From Trichlorobacter lovleyi SZ (lineage in GTDB: Bacteria; Desulfobacterota; Desulfuromonadia; Geobacterales; Pseudopelobacteraceae): 32,000 nt of DNA. Below the pieces are notes generated by a model. The model was not told where the DNA came from. It saw only the letters and a program-made list of their open reading frames with translations, and ran no database searches. The stretch is from the NCBI RefSeq assembly GCF_000020385.1, contig NC_010814.1:3720001-3752000 (forward strand), read 5' to 3'. This document shows positions 1 through 10,589 of this stretch, one piece after another. Position 1 is the stretch's first letter. Each line of letters starts with the position of its first letter. A program made the translations under genes and the position numbers.

Positions 1-171
1 CTTGAGACTGACGCACCTGACCTGCCCCCCTCGGCTCACCCGGGCTGCCCGAACAGGCCGGCCTGGCTGCATGAAACAGCCAACAGACTGGCAGCGATCA
101 AAGGGATCAGCGTTGCGGAGGTTGCGTGCCGGACAACGGCTACCGCTCTACGGATACTGCCACGGCTCTGA
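1..171 (+). CDS. TatD-family metal-dependent hydrolase, C-terminal fragment (gene begins upstream of window)
   Basis: Frame +1 is open from base 1 to TGA at 169-171 and reads LETDAPDLPPSAHPGCPNRPAWLHETANRLAAIKGISVAEVACRTTATALRILPRL. The ETDAP.L...G..N.P ... A..kG.s.eev...T..N pattern matches the conserved C-terminus of TatD/YcfH hydrolases. It is absent from the ORF track because it has no start codon in the window. Confidence 0.6.
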   Translation, partial: LETDAPDLPPSAHPGCPNRPAWLHETANRLAAIKGISVAEVACRTTATALRILPRL

Positions 172-228
172 AAGGGGTCTTGTCCACCAGTGCACTGCAT
201 GCTACAGTGCCGCAAAAGGAGATCTGCC

Positions 229-570
229 ATGAAACAGCTTCTACCCGCTATTGTTCTGCTGATCCTGGCCCTGCCCGGATGCAGCATGTTTACGGCCTGG
301 AAGAGCATCCCTCCACCGGGTGGCTGCGATCAATGCCACTCAACAGAGCTCTCCACCAACTGGACCGTGGCGTATCGCGCAGCAACAGTGGCTGATGAGC
401 GTGGACAGCTTGCTTTTCAGACTCCCCAGTACAACACCCCGATCAGAAAGAACCAGCCTGCTTCTGCCCTGGATCTGCGCAAGGTTGAAGATTCACGCTG
501 CTTTGACTGTCACAATGCCCCGACCCCAGCCCATAAGGAGCGTAAGGGCAAGTACCACCACGGCCTATAA
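229..570 (+). CDS. small diheme c-type cytochrome, probable lipoprotein
   Basis: ATG at 229 is preceded by AAAGGA (215-220). There is an N-terminal signal peptide with LALPGC. Two CXXCH heme-binding motifs are present (CDQCH, CFDCH). The ORF-track start at 190 lacks an RBS. Confidence 0.8.
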   Translation: MKQLLPAIVLLILALPGCSMFTAWKSIPPPGGCDQCHSTELSTNWTVAYRAATVADERGQLAFQTPQYNTPIRKNQPASALDLRKVEDSRCFDCHNAPTPAHKERKGKYHHGL

Positions 571-578
571 AAAAAATA

Positions 579-606
579 TTGACATTATTTTAGCACTGAG
601 TATAGT
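579..606 (+). promoter_or_regulatory. near-consensus sigma70-type promoter for the mini-lipoprotein gene
   Basis: TTGACA (579-584), a 16-nt spacer, then TATAGT (601-606). A leader hairpin CCCTGT-cgtt-ACAGGG and an RBS AAGAGGTGA follow before the ATG at 670. Confidence 0.45.
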
Positions 607-669
607 TTCCCTTTGTTGCTTACACTGCCCTGTCGTTACAGGGTTAAATAACCCAAGAGGTGAAATCAC

Positions 670-885
670 ATGAAAAAAATGCTCTCCCTGTCCCTGGTAC
701 TGGCTCTGGCTCTCGGCGTTGCTGCTGGCTGCAAGAAGAAAGAAGAAGCTGCTCCTGCTGCTCCTGCTGCTCCTGCTGCAGAAGCTCCCAAGGCTCCCGA
801 AGCTCAGAAGCCTATGTCTTCTGTAAAAGCTCCTGAAGCTGCTGCTCCTGCCGCTGCTCCCGCAAAAGAAGAGAAGAAGCACTAA
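670..885 (+). CDS. small Ala/Pro/Lys/Glu-rich lipoprotein (71 aa), function unknown
   Basis: Signal peptide with lipobox VAAGC. The mature part is low-complexity (AAPAAPAAPAAEAPKAPEA...). It has a strong RBS, an upstream promoter and a downstream terminator. Confidence 0.7.
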   Translation: MKKMLSLSLVLALALGVAAGCKKKEEAAPAAPAAPAAEAPKAPEAQKPMSSVKAPEAAAPAAAPAKEEKKH

Positions 886-904
886 TTCTCATTTTTTGTT
901 CATG

Positions 905-938
905 AAAGCCTGTCAGGGTAACCTGACAGGCTTTTTTT
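905..938 (+). terminator. rho-independent terminator
   Basis: Perfect 13-bp stem AAAGCCTGTCAGG / CCTGACAGGCTTT with loop GTAA, followed by a T-run. Confidence 0.8.
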
Positions 939-957
939 GTTTCAGGAGCATGAAATC

Positions 958-1293
958 ATGCATGAAATGGCACTTACTCAGGGAATTGTCGATATCTGTC
1001 TGCAGCATGCCGGCGGGCAGCGGATCTCCACCGTTGTCATCGAGATCGGAACGTTATCCGGCGTTGTGCCTGAGGCCGTTGAGTTTTGTTTCTCAGCCTG
1101 CAGCACTGAAACGCTGGCAGCATCAGCCCGTCTTGAAATTCGCAGAATAGAGGCACAGGGACGTTGCCTTGATTGCTCTGGCGTACAACCGGTTGAACGG
1201 CTCTATGACCCATGCAGGCAGTGTGGCAGCTATGCCCTGGAACTTCTCAGCGGTGAAGAGATGCGGGTGGTAGAGATAGAGGTAGATGACTAA
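958..1293 (+). CDS. hypA: hydrogenase nickel insertion/maturation protein HypA
   Basis: N-terminal MHE motif (MHEMALTQGIV...). Two CxxC pairs (CLDC, CRQC) form the Zn site. AGGAG lies 9 nt upstream of ATG 958. The ORF-track start at 937 lies inside the terminator tail. Confidence 0.9.
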   Translation: MHEMALTQGIVDICLQHAGGQRISTVVIEIGTLSGVVPEAVEFCFSACSTETLAASARLEIRRIEAQGRCLDCSGVQPVERLYDPCRQCGSYALELLSGEEMRVVEIEVDD

Positions 1294-1296
1294 AAA

Positions 1297-1335
1297 GGGC
1301 TGATCCGTTACCGGAGCAGCCCCTCTCGTTTTTCT
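1297..1335. terminator. hairpin terminator between convergent hypA and pckG
   Basis: GGGCTGATCCG-ttac-CGGAGCAGCCC stem with one mismatch, followed by TCTCGTTTTTCTTGTTTT. Confidence 0.55.
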
Positions 1336-1357
1336 TGTTTTCAACAAACCCTTCTAA

Positions 1358-3208
1358 CTATTCATTCCAGCCCTCAGGATGCACCTCACCGATCTGTTCC
1401 CAATGCTCCGGTGAGCGCCAGAGCGAGGAAAGAATCAGTTCGCGGATATGCAGAAACTCCTTGGGAAGCTTGTCGTACATCTTGACGAACAGCTCTTCGT
1501 GGGAAATGACCTCATTCTGCCAGACATCACGGTCAACGGACATCAGTTCGTTGAACTTCTCGCGGGACATTTCGATCCCTTCCCAGTCCATATCCTCATA
1601 GCGCGGCATCCAGCCCAGCGGGCATTCAACCGAACCGGTCTTGCCCTGCACCCGCTCTGCAATCCACTTCAGTACCCGCATATTCTCGCCATAGCCGGGC
1701 CAGATAAACTTGCCGTTGGCATCCTTGCGGAACCAGTTGACGCTAAAGATACGAGGCGGACGGGCAATCGAGCGGCCGAACTGCAGCCAGTGCGCAAAGT
1801 AGTCGGCCATATGGTAGCCGCAGAACGGCAGCATGGCAAACGGATCACGCCGAACATTGCCGGTTGCACCGACAGCAGCAGCGGTCGTTTCCGAACCGAG
1901 GGTCGAGGCGAGGTAGACGCCATAGTTCCAGTTGAAGGCCTGATAGACCAGCGGCACGGTATCCTTGCGACGGCCACCGAAGATAAAGGCACTCATCGGT
2001 ACCCCTTTGGGATTTTCCCACTCCGGATCAATGCAGGGGCACTGGGAGGCTGGCGCGGTGAAACGGGCATTGGGGTGAGCTGCCGGACGACCACAGTCAG
2101 GGGTCCAGGCATTACCCTGCCAGTCGGTCAGCTTGGCAGGCACTTCACCGTCCATCCCCTCCCACCAGACATCACCGTCTTCAGTCAAGGCAACGTTGGT
2201 AAAAATCGAGTTTTTCTCGCAGGAGATCATGGCGTTGGGGTTGGTCTTGTAGTTGGTGCCCGGCGCCACACCGAAGTAGCCGTACTCAGGGTTGATGGCA
2301 TAGACCTGGCCATCGGCACCCGGCTTGATCCAGGCGATGTCATCACCAATGGTAGTCACCTTCCAGCCTTTGTCCTGGAACGGCTTGGGTGGAATCAGCA
2401 TGGCAAAATTGGTTTTGCCGCAGGCACTGGGGAAAGCCGCACCCACATAGGATTTCTCACCTGTGGGGGATTCGACTCCCAGGATCAGCATATGCTCGGC
2501 CAGCCAGCCTTCATCACGGGCCTGCACTGAAGCGATCCGCAGGGCCAGACACTTCTTACCCAGCAGGGCGTTGCCGCCGTAACCGGAGCCGAAGGACCAG
2601 ATCGCACGTTCTTCCGGGAAGTGCACGATGTATTTTTCCTTGTTGCAGGGCCAGGCTACGTCCTTCTGCCCTTCTGCCAGCGGCATGCCGACCGAATGCA
2701 GACAGGGAACAAATTCGCCGTTGCCCAGCACATCCAGCACCTGCTTACCCATACGGGTCATGATCCGCATGTTGACCACCACGTAAGGGGAGTCGGTGAT
2801 CTCAACCCCTATCTTGGCGATATTGGAGCCCAGCGGCCCCATGCTGAAGGGAATTACGTACATGGTACGGCCCTTCATGCAGCCCTTGAAAAGACCTTTC
2901 AGGGTCTCCTTCATCTCTTTGGGAGCGACCCAGTTGTTGGTTGGGCCCGCATCCTGCTTATTCAGCGAACAGATAAAGGTACGGTCTTCAACCCGGGCCA
3001 CGTCGATAGGATCAGAAAAGGCCAGATAGCTGTTGGGGCGCTTTTCCGGATTCAACTTCCGGAAGGTCCCGCTTTCAACCATCTGGCCACAGAGCCGGTC
3101 ATATTCCTCTTGCGAACCATCACACCAGTGGATGTTTGCCGGTTCGCACATCGCTTCTACTTCAGCAACCCATGCCTTGAGCTGCTCGTTCTTTACCTCA
3201 TAACTCAT
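1358..3208 (-). CDS. pckG: phosphoenolpyruvate carboxykinase (GTP)
   Basis: Full-length match in pattern to GTP-type PEPCK (FPSACGKTN kinase-1a loop, WMRF-type regions). GGGGAGG lies 7 nt upstream of the ATG at 3208 ([10 protein letters not shown]...). The longer ORF start at 3259 has no RBS. Confidence 0.95.
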   Translation of the reverse strand: MSYEVKNEQLKAWVAEVEAMCEPANIHWCDGSQEEYDRLCGQMVESGTFRKLNPEKRPNSYLAFSDPIDVARVEDRTFICSLNKQDAGPTNNWVAPKEMKETLKGLFKGCMKGRTMYVIPFSMGPLGSNIAKIGVEITDSPYVVVNMRIMTRMGKQVLDVLGNGEFVPCLHSVGMPLAEGQKDVAWPCNKEKYIVHFPEERAIWSFGSGYGGNALLGKKCLALRIASVQARDEGWLAEHMLILGVESPTGEKSYVGAAFPSACGKTNFAMLIPPKPFQDKGWKVTTIGDDIAWIKPGADGQVYAINPEYGYFGVAPGTNYKTNPNAMISCEKNSIFTNVALTEDGDVWWEGMDGEVPAKLTDWQGNAWTPDCGRPAAHPNARFTAPASQCPCIDPEWENPKGVPMSAFIFGGRRKDTVPLVYQAFNWNYGVYLASTLGSETTAAAVGATGNVRRDPFAMLPFCGYHMADYFAHWLQFGRSIARPPRIFSVNWFRKDANGKFIWPGYGENMRVLKWIAERVQGKTGSVECPLGWMPRYEDMDWEGIEMSREKFNELMSVDRDVWQNEVISHEELFVKMYDKLPKEFLHIRELILSSLWRSPEHWEQIGEVHPEGWNE

Positions 3209-3332
3209 GTCTACCGCCTCCCCTTCAAGAAATTGAAATGGACTTGTGTCATAGGGCACAAAATTTAGTGGTACTTATGTAACATAAGAGAGGCTAAAAC
3301 AAAAGGGGCGAACAAAAGTTTAAGACGATTTT

Positions 3333-4163
3333 TCAGATTTCGATCGAATAGCCTACCTGTGCAGATTGAAAGGCTGCCGGAAATTCCTGTTTCAATCGTG
3401 CTGCAGCAGCAAAGCCGGTACAGTGACTAACCGCCAACTTGCTGATCTGCCACTGTTTAAGCGCTGTAACCGTCTGATCCAGCTGCAGACCGGTACAAAA
3501 TCCCAGGTGGGTGCCGCCGATCACGGCATGGATATCGCGACGACCGGTCTTGTTTGCAATATGCTCAAGCGTATTGATCAGCCCGGCATGGCAACAGCCC
3601 AGCAGCACCACCAGCCCCTTGTCTGTCGTCATCACCAGTGACTGGTCATCATCAAACGGATCACGGCTGCAGCCGCAGGTGTCAAGGTACAGGCCGCTGT
3701 CTCCGGCCTCAAAGGCAGCATCTCTCGAAACCTGACCGGTCAGACAGATATTGGGCAGGATCTCACGAAACTGATCAGAGAGATCAAAACGGGCCCCCTG
3801 CCCCTCAAGGTACTCCTTGGGGTAAGGCATCCCCAACGAGAGAGACTCACCGGTATCCTTATGACGGTAACGGGGGGTAAAGATGCCCGGATGGCCGAAG
3901 ACCTGCTTGGGGCCGCAGGCACGCAGCAGCGGCAACAGGCCGCCGGAGTGGTCGTAGTGACCGTGGGACAGCGCCACCTGCTGCAGCCCGTGCAGATTCT
4001 TGTTCATCCGCTGGGCATTGTGCAACAGGGTAAAACCTTGTCCGGTGTCCCACAGCAACGCACCGCCATCCCATTCGATCAGGGCACTGAAGCCATGTTC
4101 ACCCAGGGTACCGGAAATCGGACCGACAGAGTTCTCACAGAGGATGGTAATACGATAGGTCAT
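3333..4163 (-). CDS. MBL-fold metallo-hydrolase
   Basis: HGHYDHSGG metal-binding motif and overall beta-lactamase-fold layout. 276 aa. Confidence 0.85.
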   Translation of the reverse strand: MTYRITILCENSVGPISGTLGEHGFSALIEWDGGALLWDTGQGFTLLHNAQRMNKNLHGLQQVALSHGHYDHSGGLLPLLRACGPKQVFGHPGIFTPRYRHKDTGESLSLGMPYPKEYLEGQGARFDLSDQFREILPNICLTGQVSRDAAFEAGDSGLYLDTCGCSRDPFDDDQSLVMTTDKGLVVLLGCCHAGLINTLEHIANKTGRRDIHAVIGGTHLGFCTGLQLDQTVTALKQWQISKLAVSHCTGFAAAARLKQEFPAAFQSAQVGYSIEI

Positions 4164-4312
4164 CGGTAGCCCCTCAATCCAATAGAACTGATCGATTTCA
4201 AATCAAGGTAAAACCAAGGCGGTGCGGAACTCAGCAACAAAAGCGTACAAAGCAGTACGCTGAGGAGCAGAAGACGAGCCAACGAAGAGAGCGCCTTGAG
4301 TTGGAATCGACC

Positions 4313-4525
4313 TTACTTGCAGCAGGAATCCTTGGGAAACTTCGGTACACCCATTTTCTCAAGAATGGTAAACAGCGGGCAAAACTGTGTAAAGCCGGAT
4401 TGAAACAGGTTCAACCCCACAAAGCCGGTAAACCAGAGCCAGTTCTGATTATGAAAGTGGGCCAGCAACAACGATAGTACGATGAAGGCTCCGGCTACGA
4501 TTCTGACAATTCGCTCGATATACAT
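4313..4525 (-). CDS. DUF2892-like (YgaP-type) small inner-membrane protein
   Basis: 70 aa with two hydrophobic helices and a conserved GFVGLNL.QSGFT..CP pattern. The C-terminus is DSCCK. It starts 14 nt after the RND pump stop. Confidence 0.7.
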   Translation of the reverse strand: MYIERIVRIVAGAFIVLSLLLAHFHNQNWLWFTGFVGLNLFQSGFTQFCPLFTILEKMGVPKFPKDSCCK

Positions 4526-4539
4526 GCTTATTCTCCTGA

Positions 4540-7500
4540 TCAGGCTGTTTCTTCGGCAGCATCATGCTGCCCGATATGGTGACGTTCTTTCCATCCTTGA
4601 ACTAGATAATAGAGGATCGGAATCGTGACCCGGGACAGCGTGGTTGAGGCGATCTCGCCGCACATCATGGCAATGGCCAACCCCTGGAAGATCGGATCGA
4701 ACACGATCACAAAGCTCCCAACAACCACGGCTGCAGCGGTCAACAGCATGGGGCGGAAGCGGACCGCGCCGGCCTCGATAATCGCTTCATCCAGCTTCAT
4801 CCCCTCTTTGCGCTTCATCTCGGCAAAGTCAATCAGGATGATCGAGTTTCTCACAATGATCCCGGCCAGGGCGATAAAACCGATCATGGAGGTGGCGGTA
4901 AAGAAGGCGCCAAACAGGGCATGACCCGGCAGGATGCCGATCAGGGTCAACGGGATCGGCGCCATGATCACGATCGGGGTGGTAAAGTCCTTGAACCAGG
5001 CGACCACCAGGATGTAGATCAACACCATGACTGCGGCAAAGGCGATCCCCAGATCACGGAAGACTTCGTAAGTAATATGCCACTCGCCGTCCCACTTCAT
5101 CCCCATCTTCTCTTCGGACCAGGGCTGACGGGATGCCAGGATTTCGATCTTTGAACCATCCGGTGTCGGCAAAGCCGCAATCTGTTTCTGCATCTTCAGG
5201 ATAGCATAGACCGGTGCCTCAATCACACCTGCCACATCGCCGATCACATAGACCACATTCTTCAGATTTTTCCGGTAGAGGGTCTTTTCTTCACTGCCCT
5301 GGCTTGGCTTGACCAGTTGTGAGAGCGGCACACTCCCTTTGGGACCGGGCAGATAGATGGCAGACAAGGCTGCCAGAGAGCTGCGTTGTGACTCAGCCAG
5401 ACGCAGATTGATGGAAACCGCTTCCTTTTCTTTGGGCAGATGCAGAATCCCCACATCCATGCCGGCCAGGGCAACCCGCAACGCCTTGGCCACCTCATCT
5501 ACGGAAATACCGGACAGGGCCGCTTTCTCACGATCCACCGCCAGGGTCAGCTTGGGCTGATCAGACTCGCGATACCAGTCTACATCCACCACCCCTTTGG
5601 TCTTGGCAAAGATCCCCTTGATCTGCTCCGCAACCGATGCCCGGGCAGCATCATTGGGTCCGTAGACCTCTGCCACCAGGGTGGAGAGTACCGGCGGCCC
5701 GGGCGGTATCTCGGCCACCTTGACCCGCGCTCCGTAGCGCTCTGCCACGGCAGTCAAAAGCGGCCTGATCTTTTTGGCAATATCGTGGGACTGAGCCTTG
5801 CGCTCGGTCTTGTGTTGCAGGTTGACCTGAATATCAGCCAGATTAGGGCCTTTACGCAGGAAGTAATGTCTGACCAGGCCGTTAAAGTTAAAGGGAGAAC
5901 TGGTGCCGACGTAGCTCTGGAAATCGGTAACTTCCGGCACCGAGCGCAGGGCGTCCCCCATCTCCCGTGTCATCCGGGCGGTCTGTTCCAGCGGCGTCCC
6001 CTCCGGGGCATCAATGATCACCTGCAGTTCGTTCTTGTTATCAAACGGCAACATCTTGACCGTAACCGCCTTGAAGTAGATCAGAGAGCAGGCCCCCAGC
6101 AGCAACAGCACCACCAGCGCCAGAAAGCCGTTACGCAGCTTGACGTCATGCAGCAACCTGCCCATCCAGTGCCGGTAGAAGATGGTCAGCTTTGATTCCG
6201 CAAGATCATCCTCGGACTCGTGGTGTCCCTTCATCAAACGATAGGCAAAATAAGGGGTGACGATAAAGGCAATGAACATGGAGAGCAGCATGGCCATGCT
6301 GGCTCCAACCGGGATCGGCCGCATGTAGGGGCCCATCAGACCACCGACAAAACCCATCGGCAGAATCGAGGCAATAACCGCAAAGGTGGCCAGTACCGTG
6401 GGATTACCGATCTCATCCACCGCCTTGATCGCTGCCTCCAGCGGTTTCATCACCGTGGTGGTGAAATAGCGATGGATGTTCTCCACCACCACAATCGCAT
6501 CATCCACCAGAATACCGATTGAGAAGATCAGGGCAAACAGGGTAATCCGGTTCAGGGTGTAGCCGATCAGGTAGAAAATCAGCATGGTCAGGGCCAGGGT
6601 AACCGGGATGGCGATGGCAGCCACTGCTCCCGCCCGCCAGCCCATGAACAGGGCGATCAGGATCGTGACTGAAATGGCGGCCAGAAACATATGGAACAGC
6701 AGCTCATTGTTCTTTTCCCGGGCAGTCTCACCGTAATTGCGGGTGACTGTTACCTGCACATCTGACGGGATTACCTTGCCTTTCAAAAACTCAACTTTTT
6801 TGACCAGATCATCGGCAACCCAGGTGGCGTTGGCCCCCTTACGCTTGGCGATTGATACCGTAACCGCAGGATAATCCTGTGCACGATTGCCGGTCAGACC
6901 TTTGTCGGCAGCTGCCGGCCCCATGCCCATAAAGACATAATCATCAGGCTCTTTGACTGTGTCTGCTATTTTTGCCACATCATCCAGATAGACCGGCTTA
7001 CCGCCATGGACCCCCACCACCAGCTGACGCAGCGCTTCCTGGTTATCCAGAAACGATCCGGTTTCCACCAGCATCTCTTTATTGGCACCGCTAAAGGCCC
7101 CGGAAGGCAGCGCCTTGTTGCCGGCCTGCAGGGTACCGGCCACCTGCAGCGGAGACAGACTGTAACCAGCCAGGCGAGAAGCATCAAGAGTGACCCGCAC
7201 CTGCCGTGTCAAGCCCCCCTTGATCTCGGCTTCAGAGACATTGTCACTCTTTTTCAGTTCGTCACAAACCTCACGGGCCACTTTGCGCAGCATGGCGTGA
7301 TCATAGCGGTCGGACCAGAGCGTCAGAGCCAGGATCGGCACATCGTCAATCGACTTGGCAACAACCTGCGGCTCTGCTGCGCCCAAAGGCAGCAAGCCTC
7401 GGTTACTCATGACCTTGTTGTACAGCTTGACCAGCGACTCCTCCATATTCTGGCCGACCTTGTAACGAACCGTGATCACCCCCATGCCGGGGCGACTCAT

Positions 7501-7764
7501 GGAGTAGAGGTACTCCACACCGGAGATCTCCCAGAGGCGGCCTTCCAACGGCTTGACAACCCGTTCCTGTATCTCCTGGGGCGTTGAACCGGGCATCGGC
7601 AAGTAGACATCCATCATCGGGACCGAGATCTGAGGTTCCTCTTCACGGGGGGTCATCTTGATGGCAAAAGCGCCCAGCAGCAGTGAGGCCGCTACAATCA
7701 ACGGGGTAAGTTTCGAATCGATGAAGGCGCGGGCGATCTTCCCCGCAAATCCCAGCTTGAGCAT
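4540..7764 (-). CDS. RND efflux transporter permease (AcrB/HAE-type)
   Basis: 1074 aa with 12-TM architecture and two large periplasmic loops. The TM4 motif [13 protein letters not shown] resembles AcrB rather than the CzcA-type DFG..VDGA motif. Confidence 0.95.
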   Translation of the reverse strand: MLKLGFAGKIARAFIDSKLTPLIVAASLLLGAFAIKMTPREEEPQISVPMMDVYLPMPGSTPQEIQERVVKPLEGRLWEISGVEYLYSMSRPGMGVITVRYKVGQNMEESLVKLYNKVMSNRGLLPLGAAEPQVVAKSIDDVPILALTLWSDRYDHAMLRKVAREVCDELKKSDNVSEAEIKGGLTRQVRVTLDASRLAGYSLSPLQVAGTLQAGNKALPSGAFSGANKEMLVETGSFLDNQEALRQLVVGVHGGKPVYLDDVAKIADTVKEPDDYVFMGMGPAAADKGLTGNRAQDYPAVTVSIAKRKGANATWVADDLVKKVEFLKGKVIPSDVQVTVTRNYGETAREKNNELLFHMFLAAISVTILIALFMGWRAGAVAAIAIPVTLALTMLIFYLIGYTLNRITLFALIFSIGILVDDAIVVVENIHRYFTTTVMKPLEAAIKAVDEIGNPTVLATFAVIASILPMGFVGGLMGPYMRPIPVGASMAMLLSMFIAFIVTPYFAYRLMKGHHESEDDLAESKLTIFYRHWMGRLLHDVKLRNGFLALVVLLLLGACSLIYFKAVTVKMLPFDNKNELQVIIDAPEGTPLEQTARMTREMGDALRSVPEVTDFQSYVGTSSPFNFNGLVRHYFLRKGPNLADIQVNLQHKTERKAQSHDIAKKIRPLLTAVAERYGARVKVAEIPPGPPVLSTLVAEVYGPNDAARASVAEQIKGIFAKTKGVVDVDWYRESDQPKLTLAVDREKAALSGISVDEVAKALRVALAGMDVGILHLPKEKEAVSINLRLAESQRSSLAALSAIYLPGPKGSVPLSQLVKPSQGSEEKTLYRKNLKNVVYVIGDVAGVIEAPVYAILKMQKQIAALPTPDGSKIEILASRQPWSEEKMGMKWDGEWHITYEVFRDLGIAFAAVMVLIYILVVAWFKDFTTPIVIMAPIPLTLIGILPGHALFGAFFTATSMIGFIALAGIIVRNSIILIDFAEMKRKEGMKLDEAIIEAGAVRFRPMLLTAAAVVVGSFVIVFDPIFQGLAIAMMCGEIASTTLSRVTIPILYYLVQGWKERHHIGQHDAAEETA

Positions 7765-7774
7765 AACCTGTCCT

Positions 7775-8086
7775 CTACTTGCCGAATCCTGCAGTCTGTA
7801 CTGAATCTAGGAGGCCGTTACGAAAGGTCAGAATATGGACCAAACGATTGGGACCTTCGTTGTAGGTCCATTCCTCCACAGAGACCAAAATAGTAGCCCC
7901 TTTGTATCCGGCTTCACTCTCGGTTCTGGCGCTTTTGTAGGTCGGGGGGTCGCATTTCATGGCCACGATCGAGAGACGATCACCGGTGGAGACAATCTCA
8001 CCGTTTGGACAGCGGAAGTTATCCGCAGCAGCAACAGACACCAGACCAAACATCAGGCTGAGTACAAGCAGCGTTCTTCCTATCAT
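7775..8086 (-). CDS. DUF2845-like small secreted protein embedded in the RND operon
   Basis: Signal peptide, then RCPNGEIVSTGD...KCDPP...VEEWTYN...LTFRNGLL, matching the DUF2845 pattern (two Cys, EEW.Y). Its start overlaps the adaptor stop by ATGA. Confidence 0.65.
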   Translation of the reverse strand: MIGRTLLVLSLMFGLVSVAAADNFRCPNGEIVSTGDRLSIVAMKCDPPTYKSARTESEAGYKGATILVSVEEWTYNEGPNRLVHILTFRNGLLDSVQTAGFGK

Positions 8087-9213
8087 TTAGCACCTCCCGG
8101 GGCAGTCTGAAGTCGTGCACCATCGATTGCCTTTTCCATACCGGCAGTAACGATCCGGTCACCATCCGACAGACCGGACAGGATCTCAATACTATCCCCC
8201 GCAATCCGGCCGGTCTTTACCAGACGCATCCGGATCACCTCATCAGTCCCGACTGACCAGACCGCCGTCAGTGCGCCGCGCTCAAAGACCGCCGAACGCG
8301 GAACGCGAACCCCCTTGACTGAGCTGCCCAACGCAATACTGCCCCGCCCGAACATCCCGCTGCGTACCCCTTTTTGCGGCACAGCAACCTTGGCAGTATA
8401 GGTTCTGCTGGCCGGGTCACTGCTTGGCACAACCTCTGTGACCCGCGTTGAAAAACTGCTCCCGGTTGCATCAATCTGTACCTGCACAGGTGTGCCTGCA
8501 TGTACCGCACGTACCTGTGATTCCGGAATGGCAAGCTCAAGCTGGTAGCTGCCTTCATCATCGATCGTCATCAACGGCTGGCCAGGAAAGACCGTCGAAC
8601 CCAGATCAGCCTGTTTTGCCACAATAATACCTGATATCGGAGCCACAATTTTTGTATAGTCAGCCATGGCACCTGCTGCCCGTGATGCCTCCTGGGTCTG
8701 ACGCAAGCGCGCTTCTGCACGGGCAACGGCCTGATGAGCCAGTTCCCGCTCGGTCTGACGGGTATCGAATTCCTGACGGGTCAGCGCCTGTTCGTCATAC
8801 AACCTTTTAAAGCGCCCAAAAGTACTGTCGGCCAGCTTCTGTCGTGCCTGAGCCTCTTCCAGACCACGTTTCGCCTCGTCAATTGCAGCAACAGCACCGG
8901 TGGCCTGGGCCAGATTCTCCTTGGAGTCAAGCTGTCCCAGCAGTTGGCCTTTACGCACCCGGTCTCCTTCCCGCACGTGCAGCACGCTGACCGTACCGGA
9001 AATACGGGCTGATACCAGCGCACTGGTACGGGCACGGACCGTGCCAACTACATCCAGTGTCTCCGGCAGATCTGACACCTTCACTGCCGTTACGGTCAGC
9101 CCGCTGACGGCCGGTGGCGGCGCCTGGGCTCCGTGCCTGGTGTCGGAACAGCCGGCCAGACCAAGAGCAACGGTAATAGTTAATGCAAGCACAACGTTAT
9201 ATGAACGATTCAT
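8083..9213 (-). CDS. RND efflux periplasmic adaptor (membrane fusion protein), lipoprotein
   Basis: Lipobox LAGC with a barrel-sandwich/coiled-coil hairpin layout typical of the HlyD/AcrA family. There is a 1-nt TAATG overlap with the upstream TolC-like gene. Confidence 0.9.
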   Translation of the reverse strand: MNRSYNVVLALTITVALGLAGCSDTRHGAQAPPPAVSGLTVTAVKVSDLPETLDVVGTVRARTSALVSARISGTVSVLHVREGDRVRKGQLLGQLDSKENLAQATGAVAAIDEAKRGLEEAQARQKLADSTFGRFKRLYDEQALTRQEFDTRQTERELAHQAVARAEARLRQTQEASRAAGAMADYTKIVAPISGIIVAKQADLGSTVFPGQPLMTIDDEGSYQLELAIPESQVRAVHAGTPVQVQIDATGSSFSTRVTEVVPSSDPASRTYTAKVAVPQKGVRSGMFGRGSIALGSSVKGVRVPRSAVFERGALTAVWSVGTDEVIRMRLVKTGRIAGDSIEILSGLSDGDRIVTAGMEKAIDGARLQTAPGGAK

Positions 9214-10559
9214 TACTGAACCTCCTTCAGAAAGATACCAGCGGAGTGGTATAGACGGCCGGTGGCAAGCATCAGGTTGGCATCGCTTTCCACCAGGTTG
9301 GCTCTGGCCTGGTTCAAGGCACTCTGGGCATCCAGAAGCTCAACCATGGTTGCCAGTGCATTATCAAAACGCTTTGCCAGCAGCCGGGCTGCTTCATCAG
9401 CAGCCGCAACAGCAGCGCTGGCCACTTCTCGACGCTTTTCTGCTTCGATCCTGCGCAGCCACGCCTCATGGACCTGATAGCTGACCTCTTTTCTGACCTG
9501 TTCCAGCTGTTCAACAGCCGCTGCTCGGGAAGCCCGGGCCTGTCCGCTGCCATGCCAGGTACGAAAACCATCGAAGATATTCCAGCGCAGGGAAACCCCG
9601 ACCATCCAGGCATCATGGTCTCTCGCAAACGCGCTGTTCGCATCATTCATCTGCCATGCTCCAACGGCCCCCACCGTTGGCAGAAATCCGGAACGTGCCT
9701 GCAGCAAGGCAGCATCTGCCTGTTCCTTCCCCCGCTCTGAAGCCTGCAGGTCACGCCTTTCCCGTTGTGCTGTGCTGATCAGCCCGCTCAACTCCTGCTC
9801 AGACCGTTTCAGTTGTACCGGCTCTGCAACATCCAGTTCATCACCAGGCTGTCCACCCGTTGCCAGGGCCAGCCGCATCCGGGCCAGGGTCAGGTTGTTT
9901 GCTGCACTGATGTGGTACTGCTCCATGGCTGCCAACTGTGTTGCCGCCCGCAGTTCATCCGACTTGAGCCCAAGGCCCGCTGCAGTCCTGACCGTTGCCT
10001 GACGCCTGCTCTCCCGCGCCTCATCCAGGGCCTTTGCTGATGCCTGCAGCTGGGCATGAGCCTTCTGCACCTCCAGATAATGCTGGAATATCTGAAAAGC
10101 AATCTGCTGCCGTGCCTGTTCTGAAATTGCCTCCTGTCGTTCTGCCCCTCGCTGGGCCGCCTTGTGCGCAGCCCAGGCTGCAGGCACCAGAATCGGTTGT
10201 TCCACCGACACAACGGTCCGGAAGTCACTCACCGGTGCAGGGTTATTCAACTTTGCAGCATCAAAGTCCTGATTGGTGAAACGTCCCTGATTCAGTTTCA
10301 TCATAAAGGTACTGACCGGCAGATCTGAGCGCGACCAGGCTTCTTCTACCGTCACGCTCGGCAGATAGTGTAATGAAGCGGCCGTTGCTCCGGACCGGAC
10401 CGACTCTGCCTGAAATCGAGCTGACCGGGCCTCATTATTCCGCTCCAAGCCCTTTGCTATCGCTTCATGCAGCGTTACACGCTGCATCTCCGCAGCCTGA
10501 GCGCCAGTCCCGGACAGCAGCAAAATCAGTCCCGATATGATGATCTGCTTTACCCGCAT
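9213..10559 (-). CDS. TolC-family outer membrane efflux protein
   Basis: Signal peptide and two tandem TolC-type repeats. ATG at 10559 (MRVKQII) has GGGGTG upstream. The ORF-track TTG start at 10574 is less likely. Confidence 0.9.
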   Translation of the reverse strand: MRVKQIIISGLILLLSGTGAQAAEMQRVTLHEAIAKGLERNNEARSARFQAESVRSGATAASLHYLPSVTVEEAWSRSDLPVSTFMMKLNQGRFTNQDFDAAKLNNPAPVSDFRTVVSVEQPILVPAAWAAHKAAQRGAERQEAISEQARQQIAFQIFQHYLEVQKAHAQLQASAKALDEARESRRQATVRTAAGLGLKSDELRAATQLAAMEQYHISAANNLTLARMRLALATGGQPGDELDVAEPVQLKRSEQELSGLISTAQRERRDLQASERGKEQADAALLQARSGFLPTVGAVGAWQMNDANSAFARDHDAWMVGVSLRWNIFDGFRTWHGSGQARASRAAAVEQLEQVRKEVSYQVHEAWLRRIEAEKRREVASAAVAAADEAARLLAKRFDNALATMVELLDAQSALNQARANLVESDANLMLATGRLYHSAGIFLKEVQ

Positions 10560-10589
10560 TGTTTCACCCCGCAACTTAATATATAAAAA

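Noticed and set aside
2-232. 76-aa ORF in frame +2 at the window start
   Set aside because: Frame +1 gives a convincing TatD-family C-terminus ending at 171. The frame +2 product is Arg-rich with no features and would overlap the cytochrome start.
721-870. Repetitive GCTGCTCCTGCT-type nucleotide repeats
   Set aside because: They are in-frame coding repeats giving the AAP/APA low-complexity region of the mini-lipoprotein. They are not a CRISPR array or a non-coding tandem repeat.
1448-2530. 360-aa plus-strand ORF
   Set aside because: It is entirely antisense to the clearly recognisable GTP-PEPCK gene. The translation is Arg/Gly/His-rich with no motif, as is typical of a shadow ORF in GC-rich coding DNA.
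5440-7587. Plus-strand ORFs of 251 aa, 100 aa and 193 aa
   Set aside because: All lie antisense within the RND permease gene, which has an unambiguous family signature. They are shadow ORFs.
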